From Neophaeotheca triangularis (lineage: Eukaryota): 64,000 nt of DNA. The DNA lies in contig BAAIJX010000011.1 of assembly GCA_054600435.1 (NCBI GenBank), positions 310,001-374,000 of the forward strand, written 5' to 3'. Shown in pieces: positions 12,688 to 23,077 of this stretch; the stretch's first letter is position 1; each line of letters opens with the position of its first letter. Under the pieces are notes generated by a model. That model saw only the letters and a list, made by a program, of their open reading frames with translations, had not been told where the DNA came from and searched no databases. A program made the position numbers and the translations under genes.

Positions 12688-13845
12688 GTCGCCCTGCTTC
12701 CGCAAACACCAAACCCTAGACCCCCCACACCGCAATCCGCAAGCCATGCCCCACGCGGCGGGGGCGAATTATCAGGTTAGTGGGAAGGGATGGTGACTTG
12801 AGAAGTCTGGCTGATCTTTTGCTTGCAGGACCGCGCGCTTGGCGGTATGCTTTACGACTTGGCCGAGGGCGCGACGTCCGTGGACGAGATCCATGGGGCG
12901 GAGTTCCAGAAAGCCCAAGAGTAGATCTACAGGACCGACAAGGGACTCTACGGAAGTCCCGAATAAGCAAGCTCTGATGCAGCGCCATCAACCCCTCGAC
13001 CTGCACCAGCTAACCCTTCCGTTTCTTCTCCTCCTCCAGCATGCTCATGGGCTGCATAAGCTACGCCTCCCTCGTCGTCAAACCCACCCTCAACCAAACC
13101 ATCCACAACGCCCGACATAACCTTGCTCGCGGCAACAGACTTCGAAAACCGCCAAGAACAAGTTCATCCTTCGCCAGCTCTCGGACGCAACCTTCGCCAG
13201 CTCTCGGACGCAACCTTCGCCAACATCCAAACCTTCTGCACTCCCTGCCAACTTAACCTACCCGCGTGACAATCCCAAGTCGACTCCTCCTCCGCCCCAC
13301 CGCCGGGCAAAACCCGCGTCTCGCTGCCAACGTGCCTGGAGTACCCGCTGTCGCGAGGTAGCGTGCACATTACCTCGACAGACCCCATGCAGCCACCGCG
13401 TATCGACCCGGGACCCTTCCGCAACGAGACGGACGCGAAAGTACTGGCGGCGAGGATTGCGTGGATGGTCGAAGTGGCTAATCAACCGGGTTTGAAGAAG
13501 AGTCTGGGGGCTCGAGTGCAGCCGGCGTCGGATGTGAGTTTGGAGACGGAGGAGGAGCGCATCGAGCACGAGAGGTATCATGCCTCAGTATCATTTTATT
13601 GGAACTTGCAGTATGGTAGAGGTTGTTGATAATCGGTAGAGGGTGAAGGGGCTGGAGAGTTTGAGGGTTATTGATGCGAGCGTGTTTCCTGGACAGTGAG
13701 TTGTGTTCTGAGTTTGCAGGGATGGCAAAGAAAGGCCTGCTAATCGTGTTTGCAGTGTTTCTGGCAATATCATGACGACTGCATATGCAGTGGCTGAGAA
13801 AGGGCGGAATCTTGTCATGCAGGCGGATGGCAGGTACTTGACTAA
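12688..13845 (+). pseudogene. Degraded GMC (glucose-methanol-choline) oxidoreductase
   Basis: Fragments PCFRKHQTLD, LEYPLSRGSVHITSTDPMQPPRIDP, QYHFIGTCSM.EVVDNR*RVKG..LRVIDASVFPG|HVSGNIMTTAYAVAEKG, with a retained intron 13696-13755. Stops at 13267 and 13637, frameshifts, and internal deletions. Confidence 0.85.
13168..13222. repeat. Tandem 23-nt duplication (CCTTCGCCAGCTCTCGGACGCAA x2 plus partial)
   Basis: Exact repeat at 13168-13190 and 13191-13213. It frameshifts the GMC remnant. Confidence 0.9.
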
Positions 13846-13886
13846 GGTCGATTCGGCGAAGGGTATTCAAGTTCAGACGCCGTTAC

Positions 13887-16148
13887 TTATCTGTATAAAC
13901 CCCATCCGGAATAAGTGTTACCGTAATAATCATACTCTTCGTCAGGCCCGAGATCTTTGCGACTTGGCCGTACAACAGATACCACTCCATCCCAGTAGCC
14001 TTCTGTGTGAGACTCTTCTCCCGCAGCTGTCTGACGTTGATGCGCCATTCGTCTGCTCTTTCGAAAACCAGAAAGCAGAGCGATAGTATCGTACATTGGC
14101 CGCGAGGGACCAGCCCGTCCATGTGGGATTGACCTTTCACTGCCAATGCCCGTCTCCCACCTATGCTGCTGAACAGGTCTATCTTGCTCGTGGCTGATAT
14201 CAAGACTCGCCAATTCCGAGTCATCATCCTCACCACCAAAGAAACTGAAATCCGATTCCGCAGCGTTCCAGAGGTTTTCGCTATCGCGGTCCTCGGTCAT
14301 CGACTTGTTGGAGCTTGTCTGCCATGAGCTTGATGGGTTGCTTTCGGTACTTGTAAGTTCTGGAGCCATCTCGAGCACGATGCGTTTGAGGGCAAACGTG
14401 TTCTCTGCAGAACTTTTGATGGCCGACGTCTGTCCACGTTGGCCTGGTGGAAGAGACCAGTCTAGTGATGCCTGCAGTCTTGCGAGATGTGCTTCCTCGG
14501 CACATTTCTTGACGAAATCTATGATGCCGTGTACTTCATGTCCGCTGGCGGACATTGTAGGCACGTCAGTCAACACGAGAGTGGCAACATGCGGTAGCAT
14601 AGCTGGGTGCATGTTGCGAAGACGCGCAGTGTGAGACTCTACTCGAGCTTTGCGTTCCGCCACGACTGAGGAGTAGCTGCGTGGTCTACCACCCTTCTGG
14701 GAGAAACCAGCTGGCGTAGACGAAGAAGCCTCATTATCTACCCAACCAACTGGTCGTCCACCTTCCGACTCACCTGGGTATGCCGGTGGACCTATGCTAG
14801 GCTTCTCGGGAGCTCCTCTCGGCACTTCTTGAGTGATGAGGCCGTGATTGATCCGCAGAAACCTGAGATTGTCTTTGGCTTGACCAGAAAAGGCGGCGGT
14901 GAGCTTTCCAATACCGAGTTTCGTGGGTCCGGGCGAACTGTGAGAACTAGAGCCCAAGAGATGCTGCGATGTGGACCTGCCGACGCCGCCGACACCGCCG
15001 ACGTCGACACAGTGTAGTCTGCCAGAACCTACTAGCGCTGACACCGCTTCCACTGTCAGAAAGTTATCGGCGATGTACAGATGTGTTACCCCACCCTCAG
15101 GGGCATCCTCGATTGTCAACTTGCTCACAAAGCTGCTAGCAAAAGCTCGGCGAAGGTATGTTTCAAACTCCGTCCCTTGATAGATCCGCAGCATCTCGCT
15201 CCCCATGGCAGGACATCGCGAAGGGGACCCTTTGCCACGAAAAGAGGCTTGTGCCTGTTTCGAGTCCAGGTGAGCGGTCGGTTTGATACAGTGTTCAAGG
15301 AGCTTTTCCACGCCAGCATTCTGTATGCGATTGTTCCTCACATCCAAGCTCCTGACTCTCAATTTGATGGCTCTAGCCAATAGCTCCGCATCTTCGTCCC
15401 GCATTCCGATGCCGCGAAGTTTGAGCACTTGCAACCCAGAGAACTTTTGTAGCACAGCGAGGACGCTTTGATCCCTCGCGGCGGTAGTGTAGGAGAAGTC
15501 GAGGTACAGCAAAGACTCGAAACGACCCAGAGCTTGAGCGAGACCTTTAGACGTGACGTTGGGACAGCGTGAAGCGTCCAGTAGCCGCAGGCCAAAGGCG
15601 GGTACTGTACTCGTGGGTGCCTGAAAGGTAGAGCCCACCGACGCCGGCAATTCTATCGGACCGGCTCGAGGAGCATACCGCTCACCCATGGGATTCCATC
15701 GCGTGGTATCATCGTCTTCTCGCGCCTCCGCGGCGTGCTTGCTTCTCAGAGCTTGGAGCGCGGCATGGTCGAAGAAGGACAGACCGCGAACCACGAGAGA
15801 CTGCAGATTGGGCAGTCTGTCGAGAAGCTCTCGCAGCCAGTTGTCTCGCGGGCCATTGTAGAGTTCTGCCTGCGCTGGAGGCAGGTGGAGGGTGTGTGTC
15901 AAAGAGCGGACAAGCAGCCTAGCCGTCTGAAGCGTTCGCTTGAAGCGTGTGAGCGCCAGATAGACATCGTCGTTCTCCGTGCCGAAATGGGAGGCGGGAT
16001 TACCCCAGAGGTGAGGTATGAAGATGGCGTGCCAACGGCGGCAGACGAGGGACGCTGCGCAAAGGTCACGGGAGGGAATGTAGCGGGCGACTAGATCCCA
16101 ATGATCGACCAGGGTTGCCTCGTTGTAGGAGGGTGGTGCTGCTTCCAT
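13887..16148 (-). CDS. F-box / leucine-rich-repeat (RNI-like) protein
   Basis: Start MEAAPPSY. F-box-like WDLVARYIPSRDLCAASLVCRRWHAIFIPHLW. LRR-like units LPNLQSLVV, LRLLDASRC, LLYLDFSYT, LQVLKLRGI, VRSLDVRNN, THLYIADNFL. Confidence 0.85.
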   Translation of the reverse strand: MEAAPPSYNEATLVDHWDLVARYIPSRDLCAASLVCRRWHAIFIPHLWGNPASHFGTENDDVYLALTRFKRTLQTARLLVRSLTHTLHLPPAQAELYNGPRDNWLRELLDRLPNLQSLVVRGLSFFDHAALQALRSKHAAEAREDDDTTRWNPMGERYAPRAGPIELPASVGSTFQAPTSTVPAFGLRLLDASRCPNVTSKGLAQALGRFESLLYLDFSYTTAARDQSVLAVLQKFSGLQVLKLRGIGMRDEDAELLARAIKLRVRSLDVRNNRIQNAGVEKLLEHCIKPTAHLDSKQAQASFRGKGSPSRCPAMGSEMLRIYQGTEFETYLRRAFASSFVSKLTIEDAPEGGVTHLYIADNFLTVEAVSALVGSGRLHCVDVGGVGGVGRSTSQHLLGSSSHSSPGPTKLGIGKLTAAFSGQAKDNLRFLRINHGLITQEVPRGAPEKPSIGPPAYPGESEGGRPVGWVDNEASSSTPAGFSQKGGRPRSYSSVVAERKARVESHTARLRNMHPAMLPHVATLVLTDVPTMSASGHEVHGIIDFVKKCAEEAHLARLQASLDWSLPPGQRGQTSAIKSSAENTFALKRIVLEMAPELTSTESNPSSSWQTSSNKSMTEDRDSENLWNAAESDFSFFGGEDDDSELASLDISHEQDRPVQQHRWETGIGSERSIPHGRAGPSRPMYDTIALLSGFRKSRRMAHQRQTAAGEESHTEGYWDGVVSVVRPSRKDLGPDEEYDYYGNTYSGWGLYR

Positions 16149-16439
16149 GGTTGGGTCGATGGCACAGCGCTGTGGACGTAGCTTGATGGCGGGAAGGCGA
16201 CCATTTTGAACAATCTCGCGGATCCTGCACAGCCTTCTTGTGACGGATGTCAAGGTACGTCTACCGCCAGATGATGTCGTCGGTACAGCGGGGCATCCCC
16301 AGTCCAAGGCAACGCCAAGACCCCGCTGCCCTCCAAGTACGCCTTGTGCACGTGAAGAGAAACAGCGGTATATAGACATACATAGTACATACATACACAC
16401 ATACATGTCCCACTCAATGCCCCTCTCCACCCCCTGAGC

Positions 16440-17678
16440 ATGTCCGCCGACTTCTTCGCCGGCTATATCAGCGGCGCCATTGGCATCCTCGTCGGCAACC
16501 CGCTCGACGTGCTCAAAACCCGCCTTCAAACCGGTACAAGCAGCTCTCGACAACCTCCGCCCCCACCCACAGGAACCGAAACACCCCATCCCAAACCCTT
16601 CAACCGCTGGACGGCTTTTGCACGAGGTTCCGCAGCCCCGATCCTCGGCTACGGCGCTTTAAATGCCCTGCTCTTCGTGACCTATAACCGTTCCCTGGCG
16701 CTCTTGACGAATGGCGGCAACCCGGACGAGAACACGCACGCGGTGCCACCACCGGCCTGGAGTCTGTGGGCGGCGGGCGCGTTGGGAGGGCTGGCGACTT
16801 TTTTCGTCTCCGCGCCTACCGAACTCGTCAAGTGCAGAGCGCAGGTTGCCGAGCCCGCGCAGAGCTCGCTGGAAGTTACGAAGCAGTTGTGGCAGGAGGG
16901 CAAGGTCAGGGCCATGTACTTAGGAGGCGGAGTGACGAGTGTGAGGGATGCGGTGGGATATGGATTCTAGTAGGTTTCTTTTGGCGCCCTTTTTCTTTCT
17001 TACCTTTTTTCCTCCCTAGTAACTGGCTTTAATCCTGGGATGGGACTTTGCTCTACTGATTGTAGTGGCCTGGTGAGTTTGTTTGTACTGAGACACTGTG
17101 TCCCATTCTGCAGTTTCTGGAGCTACGAGGCAAGCAAGCGAGCCATCACGCGCGAAGACGACAGCAACAGCAGCACCGCCGTCAAAGTCATGCTGTGTGG
17201 CGGCCTAGCCGGCGTGATAACCTGGGCTTCCGTATTCCCTCTAGGTAGTTCATCTTTCCAAATCAACCTGTCTACTTCCAGAACCCACTCGTAGCTGACA
17301 TATCCCATGCCGCCTCTAAAGACGTGATCAAGTCTCGTGTCCAAACGTGGGATCTCGTGCATTGCCCCAACAGACCGCCCTCGTCGGAGAGCCGTCCTCT
17401 GCTTGATAGCCAACCCAGCAAGACAACATCCAGACCGAGCACTTTCGCCATAGCCAAACATGCCTACCAAACCGAGGGCCTAAGCGTTTTCTTCCGTGGC
17501 CTGGGTATCTGCAGCGCGAGAGCCTTCATTGTCAACGCAGTCCAATGGGCGGTACGAGCTCCCTGCCAAAGCTGAAAAACATGTCTGAAAGACTCTTCTC
17601 GCTGACCTATCTCATCGCCAGGTCTACGAGTGGACCATGCGAGCGCTCCAAGCCACGCCATTACCGACACCACCCTGA
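16440..17678 (+). CDS. Mitochondrial carrier family protein (carnitine/YMC-like); introns 16970-17113, 17245-17321, 17552-17621
   Basis: Three MCF signatures: PLDVLKTRLQ, PTELVKCRAQ and PL|DVIKSRVQ. C-terminal RAFIVNAVQWA|VYEW. Confidence 0.9.
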
Positions 17679-18499
17679 AACAACCTCCTTCCGAAAGTCA
17701 TAACTGCAAACGACTGGGACCGCAATCTCTCACGCAAGCATACAGCTCCCCAAACCGATCAAAAGCGGCTCGTGTCAGCCCCGATTGAACCTCACGCACT
17801 ACCTCAAACCCCAAACCTCCTCTTCAAGCCATAGATCCGCAAAGATAGAATCCATAGAATCGAATTATATCATACCACAGCACCTTCTCTGACACCATCG
17901 CCGTCGAAATGCCCTCGTACACCCTCCCCACCACCATCACATTATCACCGCACAGCAATGACGTCCACGACCAAACCCGATACTCAAACCATCTACCAAA
18001 CCGAGCCACGACCAGCTCCACGCATTGACCTTTCACACACACACCCAGCAACAATGTATAAAAGCAGGCACCATTTTTCGTCTTTTCTCAGCTACAGTTA
18101 TAAAACCCACCCCCCCTTTTTGGAAAAAAGAGGAGACCGGCAGATAGCAGCATCCACCCACCCGTTTCCTCAAGTCTTGGACCATAGCTTCCTTTTAATT
18201 TGTTTGCTGTTGCCTCCTCCACCGCGACCATCAACCGTCTCCTCCACGTTTTGCACTGCCCGCTGAAGCATGAACACGCCGACGAGGGCTGCTAAGTGCT
18301 AGCAGTAGCAGCAGCAGAAACAAAAAGAAACGCCCTCCACTCCCGTCGCAAAAGATGATTGTCAAAAGCCCGAGCAGCAGCAACAACAGCAGTCCGTCGT
18401 CATCAAGTCAGATCACCACGAAGGCAGCCCTCATCAACGACGGGTAGCCCACCACCGCACGCACGCAAACTCATGACCTTATGACCGGACAACTCCCCC

Positions 18500-21400
18500 T
18501 TACATCATCTGATCCTGGCTCATGCCCGTAGCCTCCTGGCCCTCCATCTCGCCCCCACCGCCTTGAGCGTTGAGGTACTTGACGTAAGTGAGCCCGAGCG
18601 GGCGGCCGCCGTACTGGTATCCGGTGAATTTGGAGATGGCCGTCGCGGCGTCGTCCTGGCTGGCGAACTCGACGACACCAGTGCCGCGCGAGCGCCCGTT
18701 GGGCTCGTATTGGCACTCGGCGCGCTCGACTTTGCCGATGGTCGTGAAGAGCTCGATGAGGTCTTCAGAAGTTGTGGACCAGGGGAGCTAGTTTGAGGAA
18801 ATTTGCGTTAGTGGGCTGCTCCTTGTTTCGTGGATGGCAGGAGGGTGGGGGTGTTTGAACTTACGTTGCGCACGTAGATGATGGGACTGGGGTCGCTACC
18901 AGAGGTGGCGAAGTCGGTGAAAGGGTTGGGGGCCGGTGGGGCCGCGGCGGGAGCAGCGGGAGCGCCGTAAGCACCACCACCAGAGGGAGGCGCGCCGCCG
19001 TAACCTCCACCACCGTACCCACCACGACCACCGAAGCCGCCACCATAAGCGCCACGGGGAGGGCCACCGTAGCCGCCACCGAAGCCACCACGGGGGCCGA
19101 ATCCTCCTCCAAAGCCACCGCGGCCGTAGCCTCCGCCAAAGCCGCCGCGGCCGCCGAAACCAGCGCCACCAGCGAAGCGGTCCTCGCGCACTTCGAGCAT
19201 GCGGCCCTGCCAGTCGTAGCCGTTGAACTGGGCGATGGCGTTCTGAGCATCATCGGGGTTGTCGAAAGCGACGATGCCGGAGCCCTTGGGACGACCGTCA
19301 GGGGCGATGTGAACGTCGGCGCGGATGACGGCACCAACGGTGACAGCCTGGCGGAAGAGATCCTTCAGATCCTGCCAGCCAACGGTGTAGGGGAGCTATC
19401 TATGGGTCAGTGTCTGCAGCGGTGACAATGTAAAGTGTGACGGGGGGCTTACGTTGGCAACGTAGACCTGGCGGCCAGCTCCACCGCCACCCATGCCCAT
19501 GCCCATGCCTCCGCCGTAGCCGCCGCCGTAGCCGCCACGCGGGCCACCAAACCCTCCACCTTGCATGCCTGGGCCACCAGCCCCAGCACCTGGCGCATTG
19601 AAGCGTGGCTCGGTTTCACGGTCCTGTGTATGATCAGCAAAGCGTGCTGCATACAATGGTTGCTGGCTGTGCTTACCTCGCGAACGTAGATGAGACGACC
19701 CATGAGGTTCTGGTTGCTCAGGGTGTTGATGGCAGCGGCAGCCTGGTCACGGTTGGCGTACTCGACGATACCGCAGCCCTTGCTCATGCCGTTGGGAAGG
19801 AGAAGGATGTCTGCGAACAAGACCTCACCAGCTGTGCAGTGTTAGCAAGCCGTGTCGCTCTAAGCAGCAAAGATCGTCTCGAACTCACCCTGACGCATAA
19901 AGTCCTTGAGATGGTGCCATTTGACCTCGTAGGCAAGGTTGCCAACATAGACGCGACGGTCTTGCTGGGAATTCTCGCGGACGTTGGTAGTCATGGTTTC
20001 TTTGGCGGCCGAGCGCTCTTCGTAAGATCGAGGTGGCGGGGGAGCGCGGTCACGGTTGTAGGAGCCGCTGTGCGAGTCGCGGTGGCGGTCGCCGTTGATG
20101 GGGGAGCGGTCGCGGTCGGAACGTCTACGGTGTCCGTCGTCGGGGGAGCGAGATCTGCCGCGGTCGTCACGGTATCTGCGCTCTGGGGTCCTAGATCGCT
20201 GTGTATCCATGTCAGTATCTTTCGTCTCTGCACGAACAGCGGCCTTCTTTCGCATCGTGAGCTCCATCTCCATCCTGGGTGGGTGTCCGTCGCGTAAAGG
20301 TCCGGGGGGAGGTGCGTAGTTGAGTCGGCTGTCTGAATAGGGCGAATGATGCTGTTTCAGAGTAGGAGCGAGTACCCCAAGACAGCAGTGTCTTCGAGGT
20401 TCGCGCTCAAGCTGGATGCCAAGCCAGGAACAGAGGGGTCTTGGCAGCAGCGCTTTGACGATCATGACACCGTGAGTCTTCTTCGCGTGAAACTTCGCCC
20501 TTCACTCTGCTAAGACAGACATTCAACTCATGTGAAGTGCGGCCGCCGAATGCATGTTGGCACCTAGTAGGATGAAGCACGAGCAGTGTAACATGGATTT
20601 GCGCCACGAGTTGTACTCCAGTGACAATAGATCGAAAGGGAGTCGCAGTCTAAGGTGAAGGTAACGAACTCCCAACAGCGCATCAGTCGGATTCGCGGCC
20701 GCTTTGCGAGTCGCCGTGAAGAAAGGCATTCGATAGTCTGGAAACGATCACTGGCACCTGGAAACCTCTTGCTGGAGCGAAGTGAGCCTGTTGCGTCCAA
20801 ACACATGGCAAGGAGCGAAGGACTAGCGCCTCAACGCGTCTCGGCAGCGAAATGGCGATGGTGCGATCTTGGTGAGATTGGGACGCGGTGCGAATACTTT
20901 TAAGACCGGCAGTGACCCCAGAGCGACAGCAGGCGTGAAAAACATCCGGGTGCCAGTACATCACATGAAGCCGAATAATGGGATGATATTCTTTCGCCGA
21001 GCACAAGTGGAGTGGATCTTGAACCAGTATGGGTACGAAGTCGTTTGGAAGTAAGGAAGATGAAGCCATGCGGGGGTATGGCTCGCTTGACCAGGCCTGC
21101 GGCGGTATACTGGACGCTGATGACCGTTTACCAGTCAACGACCCCGCGGGGCAGACATCAAGAGCGAGGAGCAGGCCAAGAAACACCATTCGACAAGGTA
21201 TGGCTGCGTGAGGAAGCCAGAAAATTTGGTCAAGATCCAGCGCGGCGGACCCGAACATACATCCAGCAGTCTAGGTGGGTGATCCGAAGAGTGAAGTTTT
21301 GGCGAGCGAGCAGCGAGTAGGTAATCGGAAAGACCTCATCTTGCAGTGCTTCGTGTCCAAATGGCGTATGGCGAGCATGCAGGGTGTTTACCAGCTCGAG

Positions 21401-22618
21401 CAAGAATTCGGCATGGTGGCCTAACGTTGCGGACGGTTGGAAGTTCCGTGGCGGCATCCACGACATCAAGGGCCCGTGTTGTTGAAGCTTCGTGTGTAGT
21501 CGCGCTCACGACGCAGCGGTCCACCCTTGCTCGTCCAGGCTCGGATCCACCCAATCTCGATCCTTTGTAGGCTGGAGTCACAGGTTGCTGCCTGAGTTTG
21601 ATCTTTGCTGTGGTGTAACGAAGTACAGTGGGCAGTTGGAAGACTTCATGAGCGTCGCCATTGGCTTCAGCTCCTGGGTGAAAGGAGCTTGCCTGGTGCT
21701 TGCGGACGTAGAGCTTCGATGAAGCTTGAGTATGCTCGCCACGGAAGGCTGTTATCCTCCAAGACATTGCCTCAAGGTCATGTAGAGTCTGAGCATACTG
21801 GGCAAGACATGCGAGGAGCGCAAGTAGAGCTGCAATCTTTACTTGGCTTGGGTGTGTCAACAAAAGCTTCTTCAACATGCAAAGACATGACAGGACGGTA
21901 GCCCTCAGACAACATACTGGTGACGACTCGGCATGAAGCGGCGGAGTCTGATGGCGACTTGAAGAATCGATGACAGGCAGCTTGGTGAGTATGTGCCGCA
22001 GTTGCTTGAAGTAAAGCTTTGGTTGTAGACGCCTCACGCAGCAAACGCTGGCTTTCTCCTCCTGGGACAGTGTGCGCGTATGACGGCAAAGCTTGCGTGA
22101 AGACATGCGCTGAGAGGCGCGGACTTATATACGCGTTTATGAACGCCGTCCAGCTGTCCGTCTTCTCTGCCGATTTGTTCGCCCGCAAAAGCCCGTCTTT
22201 GCTGTTTCCCGAAGCTTTCATCCACGACTGAGCCCGAGCCTTGCGGTTTCCATTTATCCGAGTATGCCGTCCGTCAGTCTTTCCGATCCAGCAGTCCACC
22301 GACCAATTGCGCAGTGCAGCACCATAGCGTCCAGAAGCCCGGCCATCCATCAAGGTAGGTGTGAAGAAGAAGCTCACGAAGCGAAGTCTACACGTGTTCA
22401 TATTAAAGGAAGGGGGTGAAGAGTAACTCACGCTGTCGCGAGGACGGTAGTTGTCGTCTATTGAAGATTGTAAGCGGGTTACTCTGAGAGAGACGAGTTG
22501 ATGGCAGATGTTGTGAGTGGAAGAAGAGAAGAGAGAGAGAGGTGGGAAGGGAGGGGGGGGGGAGAGGGAGGTGAAGTCAAGCGCGATTGGCTTGGCGGGG
22601 GGGAGGACGCTTACCCAT
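18500..22618 (-). CDS. GBP2: SR/RGG three-RRM mRNA-shuttling protein, Gbp2/Hrb1 (A. nidulans SnxA) family; exons 22615-22618, 22432-22457, 19889-20198, 19677-19831, 19453-19623, 18865-19395, 18500-18787
   Basis: RRM1 [33 protein letters not shown]2 [24 protein letters not shown]3 [21 protein letters not shown]-rich N-terminus and RGG linkers. 5' exons inferred from phase-compatible splice sites giving [18 protein letters not shown]. Confidence 0.85.
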
Positions 22619-22989
22619 TTTGTGCTTGGAAGCAGGAACTGAAGGGAGTCGAAGGGGCGGGCGGCTAGAGCTTGGTCAGTCTGAGAAGGCAGTGCTGCAG
22701 ATGCGTCGATGATGAATGGCAGTAATGAGGGCCAGTCGGAAGATGTAGGTGGGGCGCGAGAGGGTGGTTGAAGTGTGTCGGGCAGGTTTGCTTGGGTTTG
22801 CTTCGAGGGTTACAGGTAGCAGGGCAGGCAGCTGTAAAGTCCCGCGCGGGCGCAGCTAATAGCCGACCGACGGGCCCAGCGAATGAGTTCAAAGAGCAGT
22901 GCCTCCCACGGGCCAAACGGAACAGACAGCTGCAGGCTCGGTCAAGGGACTTGAGCACTAGCGAGACGCGCCCTTTTCTTCGGCTACCG

Positions 22990-23077
22990 GTGATGGTGGT
23001 GGTGGTGGTGGTGGTGGTGGTGGTAATGCTGCTACCAGCCTACCACTTTGCGTGATGAGACGATGATGATGATGATG
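22990..23077. repeat. (GGT)n and (GAT)n trinucleotide microsatellites
   Basis: About 10 GGT units followed by about 6 GAT units, upstream of the GBP2-like gene. Confidence 0.85.

Noticed and set aside
13168..13222. Direct repeats as a CRISPR-like array
   Set aside because: They are head-to-tail copies without spacers, in a eukaryotic pseudogene.
16149..16589. N-terminal extension of the 900-aa F-box ORF in the ORF track
   Set aside because: It overlaps the divergent mitochondrial carrier gene and promoter repeats. The likely start is MEAAPPSY at 16148.
20683..22431. Minus-strand ORFs of 191, 256 and 217 aa
   Set aside because: They have non-ATG starts or no domain signatures and lie within the inferred long intron.
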